Of a DNA stretch of 64,000 nt, positions 47,329 to 58,012 are shown piece after piece. The stretch is from Candidatus Latescibacterota bacterium. Its GTDB lineage: Bacteria > Latescibacterota > UBA2968 > GCA-2709665. The notes under the pieces are model-generated. The model was given only the letters and a program-made list of their open reading frames with translations, did no database searches and was not told the DNA's origin. Location of the stretch: the NCBI GenBank assembly GCA_965203805.1, contig OZ241917.1:5760001-5824000 (forward strand). Reading direction: 5' to 3'. The translations under genes and the position numbers were made by a program. Position 1 is the stretch's first letter. Every line of letters begins with the position of its first letter.

Positions 47329-48540
47329 TCAAGCCACTGTCGGACTTTCGGCCAGAATACTGTCGATCGTGCAGAAGATCTCGCCTCTCGACAGGCGAAC
47401 GCGGACCTGTTCGTCTTTCGAAAGCGATTCGGCCCGGGTGACCAGCGCATTGTTGTCGGCCCGATGCGTGAGGCTGTACCCCCGGCTCAGGACGGAGAGC
47501 GGGCTGAGCGCACCGAGTTCGACGGTGCGGCGGCGATACGATTCCACGCGCAGGTCGAAACTACGCCTGAGGCCGTTCTGAAGGGCCCTTTGAAGGTCGT
47601 CGACGGCCTGGATGTTCTGGAGGATGTTGTCTTCGACCTTTCGCAATCCGTACCGCCCCATGTAGCCGCTGAGCAGGTCCTGGTTCTCTTTCAGATAGCG
47701 GTTCAGTGCGACGAAGGAGCGCCTTGCCAGGTTTTGAATCCGGGCGCGCAACTCGCCGGCGTCGCGGACGGCCAGTTCGGCCGCCGCCGACGGCGTGGGC
47801 GCCCTGCAATCGGCGGCCAGGTCGGCCAGGGTGACGTCAACTTCGTGTCCTACGGCGGAGATTACGGGAATGCCGGAGCCGCAGATGGCACGAACGACGA
47901 CCTCGGTGTTGAACGCGGCCAGATCTTCCACGGAACCTCCGCCGCGCCCCACGATCAGCACGTCGGCCTTTCCGTGCGCATTCAGCTCTCCGATGGCACG
48001 TGCGATGTCTTCCGGTGCGGCGTCGCCCTGAACCAGCGTCGGCCGGAGTATGATGTTGACACCGGGAAACCGCCGATCCAGGACATGAAGAATGTCCCGA
48101 ATCGCCGCTCCCGTCCGGGACGTGGCCACACCGATCGAAAGCGGGAACGCCGGCAGCGCGCGTTTCCGCGCCTGATCGAACAGCCCTTCCTGCTGAAGCT
48201 TCCGCTTCAGCGCTTCCAGTGCGAGCTGCTGCTGGCCGCTGCCCGCGGGGAAGAGTTGCGTGACGACAAGCTGATACGCGCCGTTGCGTTCATAGACCGT
48301 AATCCGCCCCCGGGCGAGTACCTTGACGCCGGTTTCCGGTCTGAATGCCGGCGTCGCAGACCGCCACATCACGCACCGGAGCTGGCAGGTCTGGTCGATG
48401 AGGGTAAAGTAACGATGGCCCGAAGCCGCCTGGCTGTATTGGGAAATTTCACCCACAATCCACAGGACGGGAAATTCCGCTTCGAGGTTTTTTCGGATTG
48501 CCTGCGTTATTTCTGTAACGGTATAGGGCCGTTCCGCCAC
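47329..48540 (-). CDS. xseA: Exodeoxyribonuclease VII large subunit
   Basis: GEIS, SGH.YF.L, TS..GAAIRD, RGGGSVEDL..FN, SAVGHE.D, PTPSAAAE. Confidence 0.96.
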   Translation of the reverse strand: MAERPYTVTEITQAIRKNLEAEFPVLWIVGEISQYSQAASGHRYFTLIDQTCQLRCVMWRSATPAFRPETGVKVLARGRITVYERNGAYQLVVTQLFPAGSGQQQLALEALKRKLQQEGLFDQARKRALPAFPLSIGVATSRTGAAIRDILHVLDRRFPGVNIILRPTLVQGDAAPEDIARAIGELNAHGKADVLIVGRGGGSVEDLAAFNTEVVVRAICGSGIPVISAVGHEVDVTLADLAADCRAPTPSAAAELAVRDAGELRARIQNLARRSFVALNRYLKENQDLLSGYMGRYGLRKVEDNILQNIQAVDDLQRALQNGLRRSFDLRVESYRRRTVELGALSPLSVLSRGYSLTHRADNNALVTRAESLSKDEQVRVRLSRGEIFCTIDSILAESPTVA

Positions 48541-48542
48541 GG

Positions 48543-49346
48543 TCAGGCCTCCTGCCAGTCAATCCGCAGTCGTTCGATGCGGGTGGCTCTGCCGGATTCG
48601 TCTTCGACTTCCACGATAACGCCGCAAAGCTTGATGTCTTTCTCGGCCGGCTCAAACCGCACAGGCGTCCGATCCAGAAACCGATGGATCACGGCCTCTT
48701 TCCGCGCGCCGATGACGGAGTCGTGGGGCCCGGTCATGCCGGCATCCGACACGTAGGCCGTTCCGCCCGGCAGAATGCGCTCATCGGCGGTCTGTACGTG
48801 GGTGTGGGTGCCAAGAACGGCGCTGGCGCGGCCGTCCATAAACCATCCGTAGGCGATTTTTTCGGAACTCGCCTCGGCGTGAAAATCGATGAGAATCACA
48901 GGGGTCTGCCGGCGGAGGCGGTCCACAATATCCCTGCCGACGCGAAAGGGGCAGTCCAGGTCGAGCATATGCACCCGGCCCTGGATGCAGACAACGCCAA
49001 CAGGGACCCCGTTCGAGGCGGTGAAGATGCCGCAGCCGGCCCCGCCGACGCTCTCCGGGAAATTCGCCGGCCTCAGAACGCGGTCGGCGCCGAGTATGTA
49101 CGGGATCGCGTCTTTTCGGTCCCAGACGTGGTTTCCCGTGGTGATCACGTCGGCGCCGTAGGCGAAGAGTTTTTTCGCGATGTTTTCCGTGAGGCCGAAG
49201 CCGCCGGCGGCGTTTTCTCCGTTGGCGATACAGAGATCGATCCGATGGCTTTCCCTGAGCCGGGGTATCAGATCGGCGGCCGCTTTTCTGCCCGGCTTGC
49301 CGTAGATATCGCCGATAAACAGGATATTCAAGTGGACACCTGTCAA
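48543..49346 (-). CDS. ymdB: YmdB-like metallophosphoesterase
   Basis: FIGDI.G.PGR, NGENAAGG.G, GNH.WD, DFHAEA.SEK, GTHTHVQTAD. Confidence 0.92.
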   Translation of the reverse strand: MTGVHLNILFIGDIYGKPGRKAAADLIPRLRESHRIDLCIANGENAAGGFGLTENIAKKLFAYGADVITTGNHVWDRKDAIPYILGADRVLRPANFPESVGGAGCGIFTASNGVPVGVVCIQGRVHMLDLDCPFRVGRDIVDRLRRQTPVILIDFHAEASSEKIAYGWFMDGRASAVLGTHTHVQTADERILPGGTAYVSDAGMTGPHDSVIGARKEAVIHRFLDRTPVRFEPAEKDIKLCGVIVEVEDESGRATRIERLRIDWQEA

Positions 49347-49479
49347 TTACGGTCGAAGATTGGCGTCGCGTTCCACGCCGCGCGCGGGCGAAACGACCGC
49401 GTACGGAAGAACAACAGGTAACGGACAGCGGAGCATCCGGATACGGATGCAGGGGGAATCAGGGACGGCGCCGGAGACA

Positions 49480-51093
49480 TCAGCGCGCGAAGTCCACCGA
49501 GCGCGTTTCTCTGATGACGGTTACCTTGACCGGCCCCGGACAGGTGGCGTCCTCCGTGAGCCGGGAGACGATCTGCGTGGCCAGGCGTTCCGTGTCGGCG
49601 TCGCTCATCATATCTGAGTCCGCCACCACACGGACCTCCTGTCCGGCCTTGATGGCGAAGACCGATTCGACGCCCTGTACCATCTTGGCGATGGACTCCA
49701 GTCGTTCCAGACGTCGGACGTAATTCTCGATCTGTTCGCGCTGCGCACCCGGCCGAGACCTGGAAATAGAGTCGGCCGCGTCGACCAGTACGGCAACCGG
49801 CGAAATGGCGTCCGAATCTCCATGATGCGCCTCGATTGCGTTAATCACAATCGCGTCTTCACCGTATTTGCGCGCCAGGTCAGCGCCATTCTCCCCGTAC
49901 GTGCCCTCGGCTTCGTGCGCCAACCCCTTGCCGATGTCGTGAAGCAATCCCGCGCGTTTGGCCAGTTGGGCGTCGAGCCCAAGCGAAGTGGCCATCATAC
50001 CCGAGAGAAAGGCCACCTCTTTGCTGTGATTCAGTACATTCTGGCCGTAGCTCGTGCGGTATTTGAGTCGGCCCAGGCAGGCGATGAGACGATCGTGCAG
50101 GCCCGGTACGCCCACGTCGAATGCCGCCTGAACGCCGGCATCGTGCATGACCTCCTGAATCGACTCCCTCGACTTCTGCACGATCTCTTCGATCCGTCCC
50201 GGGTGGATGCGGCCGTCCAGAATCAGTTGTTCCATGGCAATCTGCGCGATCGCGCGGCGGATGGGGTCGAACCCCGACAGGATGACCGCTTCGGGAGTGT
50301 CATCGATCGTGACATCCACGCCGGTGGCCATTTCAAAGGCCCGGATATTCCTGCCCTCACGCCCGATAATCCGCCCCTTCATCTCGTCGGAAGGAAGGCG
50401 TACGACCGCAACGGTAGACTCGATGGTATGGTCCGCGGCCAATCGTTGAATCGCTCCGGCGATAATTTCCCGGGCTTCATCGTTAGACCGGACGAGAGCG
50501 TCGTCGCGAATCTCCTTCAGCCGCCATTCCGCATCGCGTTCAGCCTCCGCTTCCATATTGGCCATCAGGACATGCTTTGCCTCTTCCTTCGTAAGACCCG
50601 CGATTTGTTCCAGGCGCCTGTTCTGCCGCAGTCGGCCCTGTTCCAGTTCCCGCGCCCGGTCCGCGAGCTGTTCCTCCAGATGCCGGAGCTGCTCATTCGT
50701 CTCCGTAGCCAGTTTTTCCTTGTCGTTCAACAGGTCCGCACGTTTGTCGAGTTGCCGCCTGAGGCTGCTCAGTTTCGATTCTTCCCTGTTGGACCGATTG
50801 CGTTTTTCTTCCAGTTCCTGGTCGAACCGGAGCCGCTCCTGCTGTATCCTGTCTTTGGCCTCCAGGACCGCCGTCCGCTTCATTGCGTCCGCTTCGGCCC
50901 GGGCATCTTCCAGAATCTTCTCCGCGGAGAGTTCGGCGCGATGAATCTTTCGTTTCGCGAGCTTGCCGCTGATCAGCCATCCCAGGATGAATACCAGTAT
51001 AAGCAGCCCGGCCGACAGCATGATGATCGTCACGACTTCCATGGTCGTGTCTATCGGCAGGTTCATTTCGGCCTCCACGTCAATTGGGACCAC
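49480..51093 (-). CDS. rny: Ribonuclease Y
   Basis: N-terminal TM, coiled coil, KH (MKGRIIGREGRNIR), HD (GLLHDIGK); exact start uncertain. Confidence 0.96.
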   Translation of the reverse strand: MVPIDVEAEMNLPIDTTMEVVTIIMLSAGLLILVFILGWLISGKLAKRKIHRAELSAEKILEDARAEADAMKRTAVLEAKDRIQQERLRFDQELEEKRNRSNREESKLSSLRRQLDKRADLLNDKEKLATETNEQLRHLEEQLADRARELEQGRLRQNRRLEQIAGLTKEEAKHVLMANMEAEAERDAEWRLKEIRDDALVRSNDEAREIIAGAIQRLAADHTIESTVAVVRLPSDEMKGRIIGREGRNIRAFEMATGVDVTIDDTPEAVILSGFDPIRRAIAQIAMEQLILDGRIHPGRIEEIVQKSRESIQEVMHDAGVQAAFDVGVPGLHDRLIACLGRLKYRTSYGQNVLNHSKEVAFLSGMMATSLGLDAQLAKRAGLLHDIGKGLAHEAEGTYGENGADLARKYGEDAIVINAIEAHHGDSDAISPVAVLVDAADSISRSRPGAQREQIENYVRRLERLESIAKMVQGVESVFAIKAGQEVRVVADSDMMSDADTERLATQIVSRLTEDATCPGPVKVTVIRETRSVDFAR

Positions 51094-51109
51094 GCATCAG
51101 TTCTCAAAC

Positions 51110-51265
51110 AAAAAAACCCGCTTGCGCTCATCCGGTTCCGCACATCCCGTCCGGGTAACGGCGATCGCTCCGGATGGTTACAGATGAACGCAGCAGGCAG
51201 CACCGGAATCATTGATCCGGCAGGGGTGCGCGGAGTTGCCGGCACGCCCTTTATGATCGAGGTCG
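51110..51265 (-). ncRNA. Possible 6S RNA or structured RNA between zapA and rny
   Basis: Position zapA-[ssrS]-rny is the conserved 6S locus; several stems visible, but consensus not confirmed by eye. Confidence 0.35.
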
Positions 51266-51268
51266 TCT

Positions 51269-51553
51269 CTACGCAATCCGGTTTGTTAAAGAGGCAAGAT
51301 TGTGGGTCTTGTCCGTCAGGGTCTTACCCAACTTTCGACTGGTTTCTTCCTCTTTGAGCAGTTCGTGCGCGAGATTGACGGCGGCTACAACTGCAATCTT
51401 GGCAACCGAACGAAGTGAAATGGTGTTCGCGACGTCACGCATTTTCTGGTCGACGTACCGTGCCACGGCCCGGGCGTGGTCCGGGTCGCCTTCCGAGTGG
51501 ATGTTGTATTCGGTGCCGAAAATCTGGACGCATATTACCGGTTGTTCAGACAT
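51269..51553 (-). CDS. zapA: Cell division protein ZapA
   Basis: V.IFG.EY.I...VA.YVD.KM...KIAV.AAVN.A.EL. Confidence 0.9.
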   Translation of the reverse strand: MSEQPVICVQIFGTEYNIHSEGDPDHARAVARYVDQKMRDVANTISLRSVAKIAVVAAVNLAHELLKEEETSRKLGKTLTDKTHNLASLTNRIA

Positions 51554-51620
51554 GAGACCTCAGGACATCCGGACGCAGCGTGATGCTCTGGGGCGCGGCG
51601 TGGATGTCGGCGGCGCTGTT

Positions 51621-52274
51621 TTACGCTGTATTCACTGAATCCAGACGCGAGATCATGGTTTCGATTTTGCGTTGGATCTCCTCCTTGTTTTCAATCAGTG
51701 ACGCATTGTCATCGTAAATGGACCGGAGACGTTCCCTCTCTTCCCGCAATCCGGAGATCGCCTGGCCCTTGTTTTCCAGTCGTTCCTGAAGTTCCCGGTT
51801 CCTCTCGTTGAGTTCGGCGTTCTGCTGTCGCAACTGCCGGATAATCCCTACGGCGCGGTCGATTTCACTTATAAGGTGATCCAGCTGCTCGAACACCCGG
51901 TTTTCCGACTCCAGCCGGGCTTCTTCAACGTCGCCGGCGTCTGTCTGCCGGTCTGTACGATCCTCCGTTTCAACGCGCGGTTCTTCAGTTTCGTCCGAAT
52001 CCGCCGGCTCATCCGAACGGTCGGAGGATTCGAAGAGTTCGTCCTGCCGGTCCTGGAGATCGAGCTGCCCATGTTCGGGATTCTCGAATTCCGTCTGTAC
52101 GGCTGCCTCGTGGACTGCCCCGACGGCGTCTTCGTTCCGATCCTGGGGATTGAACTGTCCGTGTTCCTGGTTGCCTGTTTCCGTCGTTCTGTACGTCTGG
52201 CCGTCGGACTCGAAAGGTCTGTCGTCCCCGGTCTCCGACGCCGGCTTTTCGTTTGCCCGATCTTGCGCTTCCAT
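51621..52274 (-). CDS. ZapB-like coiled-coil protein with acidic disordered N-terminus
   Basis: C-terminal heptads (L..L...ID....I..LR..N..L); upstream of zapA. Confidence 0.65.
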   Translation of the reverse strand: MEAQDRANEKPASETGDDRPFESDGQTYRTTETGNQEHGQFNPQDRNEDAVGAVHEAAVQTEFENPEHGQLDLQDRQDELFESSDRSDEPADSDETEEPRVETEDRTDRQTDAGDVEEARLESENRVFEQLDHLISEIDRAVGIIRQLRQQNAELNERNRELQERLENKGQAISGLREERERLRSIYDDNASLIENKEEIQRKIETMISRLDSVNTA

Positions 52275-52359
52275 GGTCTCACCCTTTCGTGGATGACTTC
52301 GTTTTCGGTCCGTCTTTGCAGTCAGAGACCAAAATTCAGCTCGTGTGTCCGTGCTCTAA

Positions 52360-52493
52360 CAGTCCGTTGAAAACGTCGCTCTGCAGGCGGGGCCGAGTCA
52401 TTGTGGCGGAAGACAAGGCGCGCCTGTCTGCGTGCGGACACGCACAGGCAGGCGGCCAACGCGAATCCCCGGATGGACTCTATCTACGGGCTG
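52360..52493. mobile_element. MITE-like element (shorter inverted copy of 40661-40864)
   Basis: CAGTCCGTTG...CTACGGGCTG ends; palindrome at 52423-52452. Confidence 0.65.
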
Positions 52494-52609
52494 CTAAGAA
52501 ATGTAAACCCACCATGGCCTGAAGTCAAGGGCGGGATACCGTTTGCACAGGGAGCGAAAACGGAATCGGGGTGGATTCCGGCGGACGTCTCTTCGATGGT
52601 TTCCGCGAT

Positions 52610-52963
52610 CTACAGGGCTCGTTGAGCCTGTTCCGCAAGCGCCGTGAACGCCGCTGCGTCCGTGACGGCGAGGTTGGCCAGGACTTTTCTGTCAACGGCT
52701 ATGTCGGCTTTTTTGAGGCCGTTGATCAGGCTGCTGTACGAGAGTCCGTTAAGCCGGGCGGCGGCATTGATTCGAACGATCCACAGAGAGCGGAAATTCC
52801 TCTTTTTCTGGCGACGGTCCCTGTATGCATAGGCAAGCGCACGATGAACGGCGTCGTCCGCGGTGCGATAGAGCTTGCTTCGTCCTCCGCGGTAGCCGCG
52901 CGCTGCCTTAAGGACCTTTTTCCGCCTGCGCCGGGATGCGACGCTGTTCGTTGTTCTGGCCAT
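52610..52963 (-). CDS. rplT: 50S ribosomal protein L20
   Basis: [30 protein letters not shown]. Confidence 0.97.
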   Translation of the reverse strand: MARTTNSVASRRRRKKVLKAARGYRGGRSKLYRTADDAVHRALAYAYRDRRQKKRNFRSLWIVRINAAARLNGLSYSSLINGLKKADIAVDRKVLANLAVTDAAAFTALAEQAQRAL

Positions 52964-53090
52964 ATCGATGGTCTCCTGGTAGCGCCTGGGGGCGCCGGGT
53001 GCGGTCTTTGCCTCCGGTCCGCCGTGGCCTCAACTCCAACTCCGCACGGACGCGGGAAGAGTACTCGCGTTTTCGTGGCGTCTCGGCCTG

Positions 53091-53285
53091 TCAGTTGGGC
53101 AGCAGGCGCTGTACCCGGTCCTGGTCCGATTTGTGCACCACCGTGGACTTGCGCAGGTGCATCTTGCGTTTGCTGCTCTTGCTCGTCAGGTTATGCGTGA
53201 CCGTTGACTTTTTGCGGCCGATCGTACCGGATTTCCGGCGCTTGAACCGCTTCGCGGCTCCCCGGTGGGTTTTCATTTTGGGCAC
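53091..53285 (-). CDS. rpmI: 50S ribosomal protein L35
   Basis: [15 protein letters not shown]. Confidence 0.96.
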   Translation of the reverse strand: MPKMKTHRGAAKRFKRRKSGTIGRKKSTVTHNLTSKSSKRKMHLRKSTVVHKSDQDRVQRLLPN

Positions 53286-53425
53286 GTTCTACTCCTTTGG
53301 TTGGATCGTTTTCGCCGCACGCGCGGCGTGCGACAGCGGGGGACCGGACCGGGCGAACCGGAGACAACCGGGTTTTCCACGACATTGGGTTCCGATTCCT
53401 GGAGTGCCGGCGCCGCCGGCGGATG

Positions 53426-53962
53426 TTATTTCGGAGCGATAATGATGACGATGTTGCGCCCCTCGTCCTTGATAGGCACTTCGGCCGCGCCGATCTCCCG
53501 GAGGTCCTCTTCGGCGCGTTCCAGCAGTTCTCTGCCCTGCATTCGGTACATATTCTGCCGTCCGCGAAACTCCACGGAGATCCTGACTTTGTGCCGGTGT
53601 TTCAGGAAGTTTTCGGCGTGGCGTATCTTGAATTCGTAATCGTGGTCGCTGATTCGGGGGCCCAGGCGTATCTCTTTCAGTTGCGACCCGCTCTTCTTGC
53701 CTTTCTTCTGCTTCTTGCTCTGCTCATATCGGTACTTGCCGTAATTCATGATCCGGCAGACCGGCGGGCGGGCGTTGGGAGCGACTTCGACCAGGTCGAG
53801 TTCGGCTTCCATTGCCATTTCCATCGCCTTCCGGGTTTCAACAATGCCGACCTGTTCGCCGTCTTTGTCGACCAGTCGGACCTGAGGTATGCGAATCTGC
53901 TCGTTGACGCGGGGCGCCCTTTCCTGCTTTCGATCTCTGAAAACTCTTCGACCTCTGTTGAT
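53426..53962 (-). CDS. infC: Translation initiation factor IF-3 (probable ATC start)
   Basis: NEQIR..VRL, LDLVEVAP.A.PPVCRIM.YGK; GGAGG SD 8 nt before an in-frame ATC. Confidence 0.95.
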   Translation of the reverse strand: MNRGRRVFRDRKQERAPRVNEQIRIPQVRLVDKDGEQVGIVETRKAMEMAMEAELDLVEVAPNARPPVCRIMNYGKYRYEQSKKQKKGKKSGSQLKEIRLGPRISDHDYEFKIRHAENFLKHRHKVRISVEFRGRQNMYRMQGRELLERAEEDLREIGAAEVPIKDEGRNIVIIIAPK

Positions 53963-54021
53963 ACCGATCACCTCCGAAATTGATCCATGCCGTTTTGGGG
54001 CCTGATTGGAAAAATAGGGAC

Positions 54022-55968
54022 TCAGCCGACGCTTTTCGTCTCGACTTCCTGCTGCATCCTGGCAATCAGATCGAGCGTGGACATGCTTCCGAGGTCGCCG
54101 GCGCCATGTCTGCGAACCGAGATGGTCTGCGCGGCGACCTCCTGTTTTCCCACAATAATCATATATGGAATTTTCTGGATCTCGGCCTCGCGGATCTTGA
54201 ATCCGAGCTTTGCATCCTGCGGGTCCACTTCGGCGCGGAGCCCCGCGCTGTTGAGGCGGCGGGCGACCTCGCCGGCGTATTCGGCATAGGGATCGGATAC
54301 CGGAAGTACGGCGGCCTGCACGGGCGCCAGCCAGAGTGGAAAGTTCCCCGCGTAGTGTTCGATCAGCAGGCCGAAGAACCGTTCCATTGCGCCCAGAAGG
54401 GCGCGATGGACCATATACGGGCGGTGGAATTTTCCATCGGGTCCTACGTAGCTGAGGTCGAAGCGTTCCGGAAGGTTAAAATCGAACTGAATGGTGGTGC
54501 ATTGCCACTCCCTGTTCAGGGCATCGTTGATGGTCACGTCGATCTTGGGACCGTAGAACGCACCGGCGCCTTCGTCGATCCGATAGGGCAACTGCTGGGA
54601 GTCGACGGCCCGCTTGAGCGCGTCGGTGGCTCGTTCCCAGTCGGCGGGATCTCCAACCGCTTTATCGGGCCGCGTCGAGATATATACGTTGAAGTCCTCA
54701 AAGCCGAATGACTTGAGGATGAACATCGTGAAGTCGATAACCCGTGCGACTTCCTCTTCGACCTGGTCGGGGCGGCAGAAGATATGGGCGTCGTCCTGGG
54801 TGAATCCGCGGACACGCAGCAGGCCGTGAAGCGTACCGGCCATTTCATAGCGGTAGACGGTGCCAAGCTCCGCCCATCGAAAGGGAAGCTCCCGATAGCT
54901 GCGCCGCCGCGATTTGTAGATGAGGCTGTGGAAGGGGCAATTCATCGGCTTGGCGAAATAGCCCTGGCCGTCGATATCCATCGGGGGGTACATGTTCTCG
55001 TGAAAGAAATCCAGGTGTCCGCTGGTTTCCCAGAGGCGGGAGCGGCCGATGTGGGGCGAACCGACCAGTTCGTACCCGCCGCTGTAGTGCGCTTCGCGCC
55101 AGAAATCTTCGATCTGGTGCCTGATTCGCGCGCCCTTTGGATGCCAGAGAACCAGGCCGGGTCCGGCGGTATCGTTTATCGAGAAAAGATCGAGGTTCCC
55201 GCCGATGGTACGGTGGTCGCGGTTCCTGGCTTCTTCCAGGTATTCCAGATAGGCGTTGAGGTCTTTCTTGCCCGGAAACGAGATGCCGTAGATGCGCTGG
55301 AGCATGACGTTGTTCTCGTCTCCCCGCCAGTATGCGCCCGAGGAACTCAGCAGTTTGACCGACTTGATACGGCCGGTGTCGGGGACATGCGGCCCGCGGC
55401 AGAGGTCCAGCCACCTGTCTGCATTCCTATAGATGCTGATCGTTTCGCCGGGTTCAATTTCCTCCAGGATTTCCAGTTTGTAGGTTTCGCCGCGCGCTCT
55501 GAAGAGTTCGATCGCGGCCTCCCGGGTGATTTCCTGGCGCTCGAAGGGTTGGGCTTCCGCAATGAGTTCACGCATGCGGACTTCGATCCGGTGCAATTCG
55601 TCCGGCGTGAAAGGCTTTTCCCGGTCGAAGTCGTAATAAAAGCCGTTTTCAATGGGCGGGCCCAGCGTGACTTTCACGTCCGGAAACAGGTCCTGTACCG
55701 CCTGCGCCATTATATGAGCCGTACTGTGCCAGTACACTTCCTTGCCGGCGTCGCTGGAGAAGGTGAGGATCTCCAGGTCGGCGTTGCCGTCCAGTGACGA
55801 TTTGAGGTCCACGGCCCGTCCGTTGACCTTGCCGGCCAGCGCCGCGCGCGCAAGTCCCGATCCGATGGACTCCGCCACCTGCAGGATGGTGACGCCGGCG
55901 CGAAAGTCTTTCCGCGACCCATCGGGCAGTGTGACCGTGATTTTCTGGTTTTCAGACATGGTTTCCAA
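54022..55968 (-). CDS. thrS: Threonyl-tRNA synthetase
   Basis: TGS domain, HSTAH, DLCRGPH, RDHR, KPMNCP.H, GAFYGPK. Confidence 0.97.
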   Translation of the reverse strand: METMSENQKITVTLPDGSRKDFRAGVTILQVAESIGSGLARAALAGKVNGRAVDLKSSLDGNADLEILTFSSDAGKEVYWHSTAHIMAQAVQDLFPDVKVTLGPPIENGFYYDFDREKPFTPDELHRIEVRMRELIAEAQPFERQEITREAAIELFRARGETYKLEILEEIEPGETISIYRNADRWLDLCRGPHVPDTGRIKSVKLLSSSGAYWRGDENNVMLQRIYGISFPGKKDLNAYLEYLEEARNRDHRTIGGNLDLFSINDTAGPGLVLWHPKGARIRHQIEDFWREAHYSGGYELVGSPHIGRSRLWETSGHLDFFHENMYPPMDIDGQGYFAKPMNCPFHSLIYKSRRRSYRELPFRWAELGTVYRYEMAGTLHGLLRVRGFTQDDAHIFCRPDQVEEEVARVIDFTMFILKSFGFEDFNVYISTRPDKAVGDPADWERATDALKRAVDSQQLPYRIDEGAGAFYGPKIDVTINDALNREWQCTTIQFDFNLPERFDLSYVGPDGKFHRPYMVHRALLGAMERFFGLLIEHYAGNFPLWLAPVQAAVLPVSDPYAEYAGEVARRLNSAGLRAEVDPQDAKLGFKIREAEIQKIPYMIIVGKQEVAAQTISVRRHGAGDLGSMSTLDLIARMQQEVETKSVG

Positions 55969-56379
55969 CGAATTACCGGCCCTTGGTCCGGTATCTGAAG
56001 AAGCTCGAATCGAGACCAGTCGACACCGGCCGGATCAGAGCGGCCTGAATCTGTGCGAAACCACTATGGAAACGCTCCTCGACGTTCGAAGAACCGGTTG
56101 TATTGCATCCCGTATAAAAAAAACGCGCGACTTTCCTGCTTGCGCGTCGAACTCAGTAAAGCACCTTGTGAAAACCGGCCCTTTCCGTTGATACTCCTCC
56201 GCAAGAAGGTTCGCAGGTACGCAATTATAATATCAGCCAAATTTATATTATCGGGGGCGGGATGTCAAGCGAAAACTCCCGAAATCATCGCATCGAAAAA
56301 GGTGCATGCGGTACGTGAACGCGCCCCCTTGCGCACGACGTTCAAGATTACCGGCGCGGTCCGCATCCGGGACAGGACG

Positions 56380-57012
56380 TCAGGGCAGATGGAGCATCTT
56401 GTGGATCCTGCACGAGAGTCGCCACGACGGGTGACGGGTCAGGATATCCAGGGCTTTGCGTATGTACTCGGGTTTGCTCGACTCGGGCTGAAGGTAGACG
56501 AACTCTGCGCGCGCTTCCTCCACGATGTCTTCATGGAAAGATCTGCCGACCACATATTTCAGTTCGGTGATATAGCTGAGGCCGCCGGCAATGGTCTTTT
56601 TCTTGGGGGAGACGGTCCAGTGCTCGATCAGATCGTAGAGTTCCGGATCCGGATCGACCGCGCCGTTGGTCTCGATGTGGATGCGGTAGTTGGCGGCCCG
56701 GAGTTGCCGGCAGAGCGGGACGACGTTCTGGCCGAGGGGCTCTCCGCCGGTCAGGCAGACCCAGGAGGCGGTGTGGCGGCGGACCTCGGCCAGGACCTCC
56801 CCAATACCGAGCTCGGAATATGAATCGAATTCGGTGTCGCAGAAGAAGCAGCGCAGATTGCATCGGGCGAGGCGGACGAAAGTCGTGGGCTGGCCGACGC
56901 GCAGCCCCTCACCTTCTATAGAGTAGAAGACCTCGTTTATCTGCAGCGTCCGTCCGTCTTCGCGCCAGAGCGGCATCCGATCGTCCGGCGCGGAAGGAAT
57001 GCCTTCCAGCAT
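56380..57012 (-). CDS. queE: 7-carboxy-7-deazaguanine synthase (radical SAM)
   Basis: EVFYSIEGEG, FVRL..CNLRC.FCDT, LTGGEP, IETNG, SPK, LQP. Confidence 0.9.
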   Translation of the reverse strand: MLEGIPSAPDDRMPLWREDGRTLQINEVFYSIEGEGLRVGQPTTFVRLARCNLRCFFCDTEFDSYSELGIGEVLAEVRRHTASWVCLTGGEPLGQNVVPLCRQLRAANYRIHIETNGAVDPDPELYDLIEHWTVSPKKKTIAGGLSYITELKYVVGRSFHEDIVEEARAEFVYLQPESSKPEYIRKALDILTRHPSWRLSCRIHKMLHLP

Positions 57013-57284
57013 GTGGGGGTCTCTGGGGGACAAGTCGGGCTCCGGTCGGGCGGGTGTGACGGGATTCCGGCGAACGCAGATGAAGTAATGGAAAACAGGG
57101 ACATGAGACAAGGAAAATCCTTGACATCGTCCACCGCCCCATCAATATTGTCGACCGCTCGGGGCATCCATCGTGGCACGCTCCGATTTTTGTTGCGAGT
57201 TCGGCAGGCGTCCGCGTTGCCGCGGGCGGGTCGATGAAATCTTCCGGCAGGCTGCGGCCCACGGCTTTACTGGATGGTCAGTGT

Positions 57285-57965
57285 GTGGCAGACAGGACGT
57301 ACGATGCCATCATATTCGACGTGGACGGCGTAATCGTCGATTCCGAGGCGGTATACTGCGACACGTTCAATACCACGCTGGGCGATTTCGGAGCCGGGAT
57401 CAGCCGGAGCGACTATGCGGTCTGTGTGGGCCACCCCGTGGAAGAAAACAGCGCGTACGCCGTGGAACGATACGGGTTGGACGTCGCGCCTGCCGTGTTC
57501 CGGGACCTCTGGATGGGTCGATTCGAGGAAGCGATTTCAAGCCCGGACCGGGTGCTGCTGATGCCGGGATTCCAGGAACTTCTGGCGCACGTCCGGGCCG
57601 TAGGCTACCCGCTCGGGGTGGCATCTTCCACGCAGCGTGAGCGGATGATGAAAACGCTGCTCAGCGGTCTGCTGTCCAGATTGGGTGGCGTCCTCGACCC
57701 GGCCGAGGTGTTCGACGTTGTGCTGTCCGGGACCGACGTGGGTCGGCTGAAACCGGCGCCGGACATCTATCTGAAGGCGGCCCGGAAACTGAACGTCGAA
57801 CCGGCGCGGTGTGCAGTTGTCGAAGACAGCGAGGCGGGGGTCCGGGCTGGCAAAGCCGCCGGAATGACCGTTTTCGCGGTGCCGAATTTCTTCACCGCCC
57901 GTCAGCGCCACGAAGACGCCGATTTCGTTCTGGGCGGACTGACCGATCTGTTGGGGTATCTTTGA
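57285..57965 (+). CDS. HAD family phosphatase
   Basis: IFDVDGVIVDSE, ASS, KPAPDIY, EDS..G. Confidence 0.9.
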   Translation: MADRTYDAIIFDVDGVIVDSEAVYCDTFNTTLGDFGAGISRSDYAVCVGHPVEENSAYAVERYGLDVAPAVFRDLWMGRFEEAISSPDRVLLMPGFQELLAHVRAVGYPLGVASSTQRERMMKTLLSGLLSRLGGVLDPAEVFDVVLSGTDVGRLKPAPDIYLKAARKLNVEPARCAVVEDSEAGVRAGKAAGMTVFAVPNFFTARQRHEDADFVLGGLTDLLGYL

Positions 57966-58012
57966 ATCCGGAAACGAACCTGCGGGGCGTACGGCTGTTT
58001 CCGGTCCGGACG

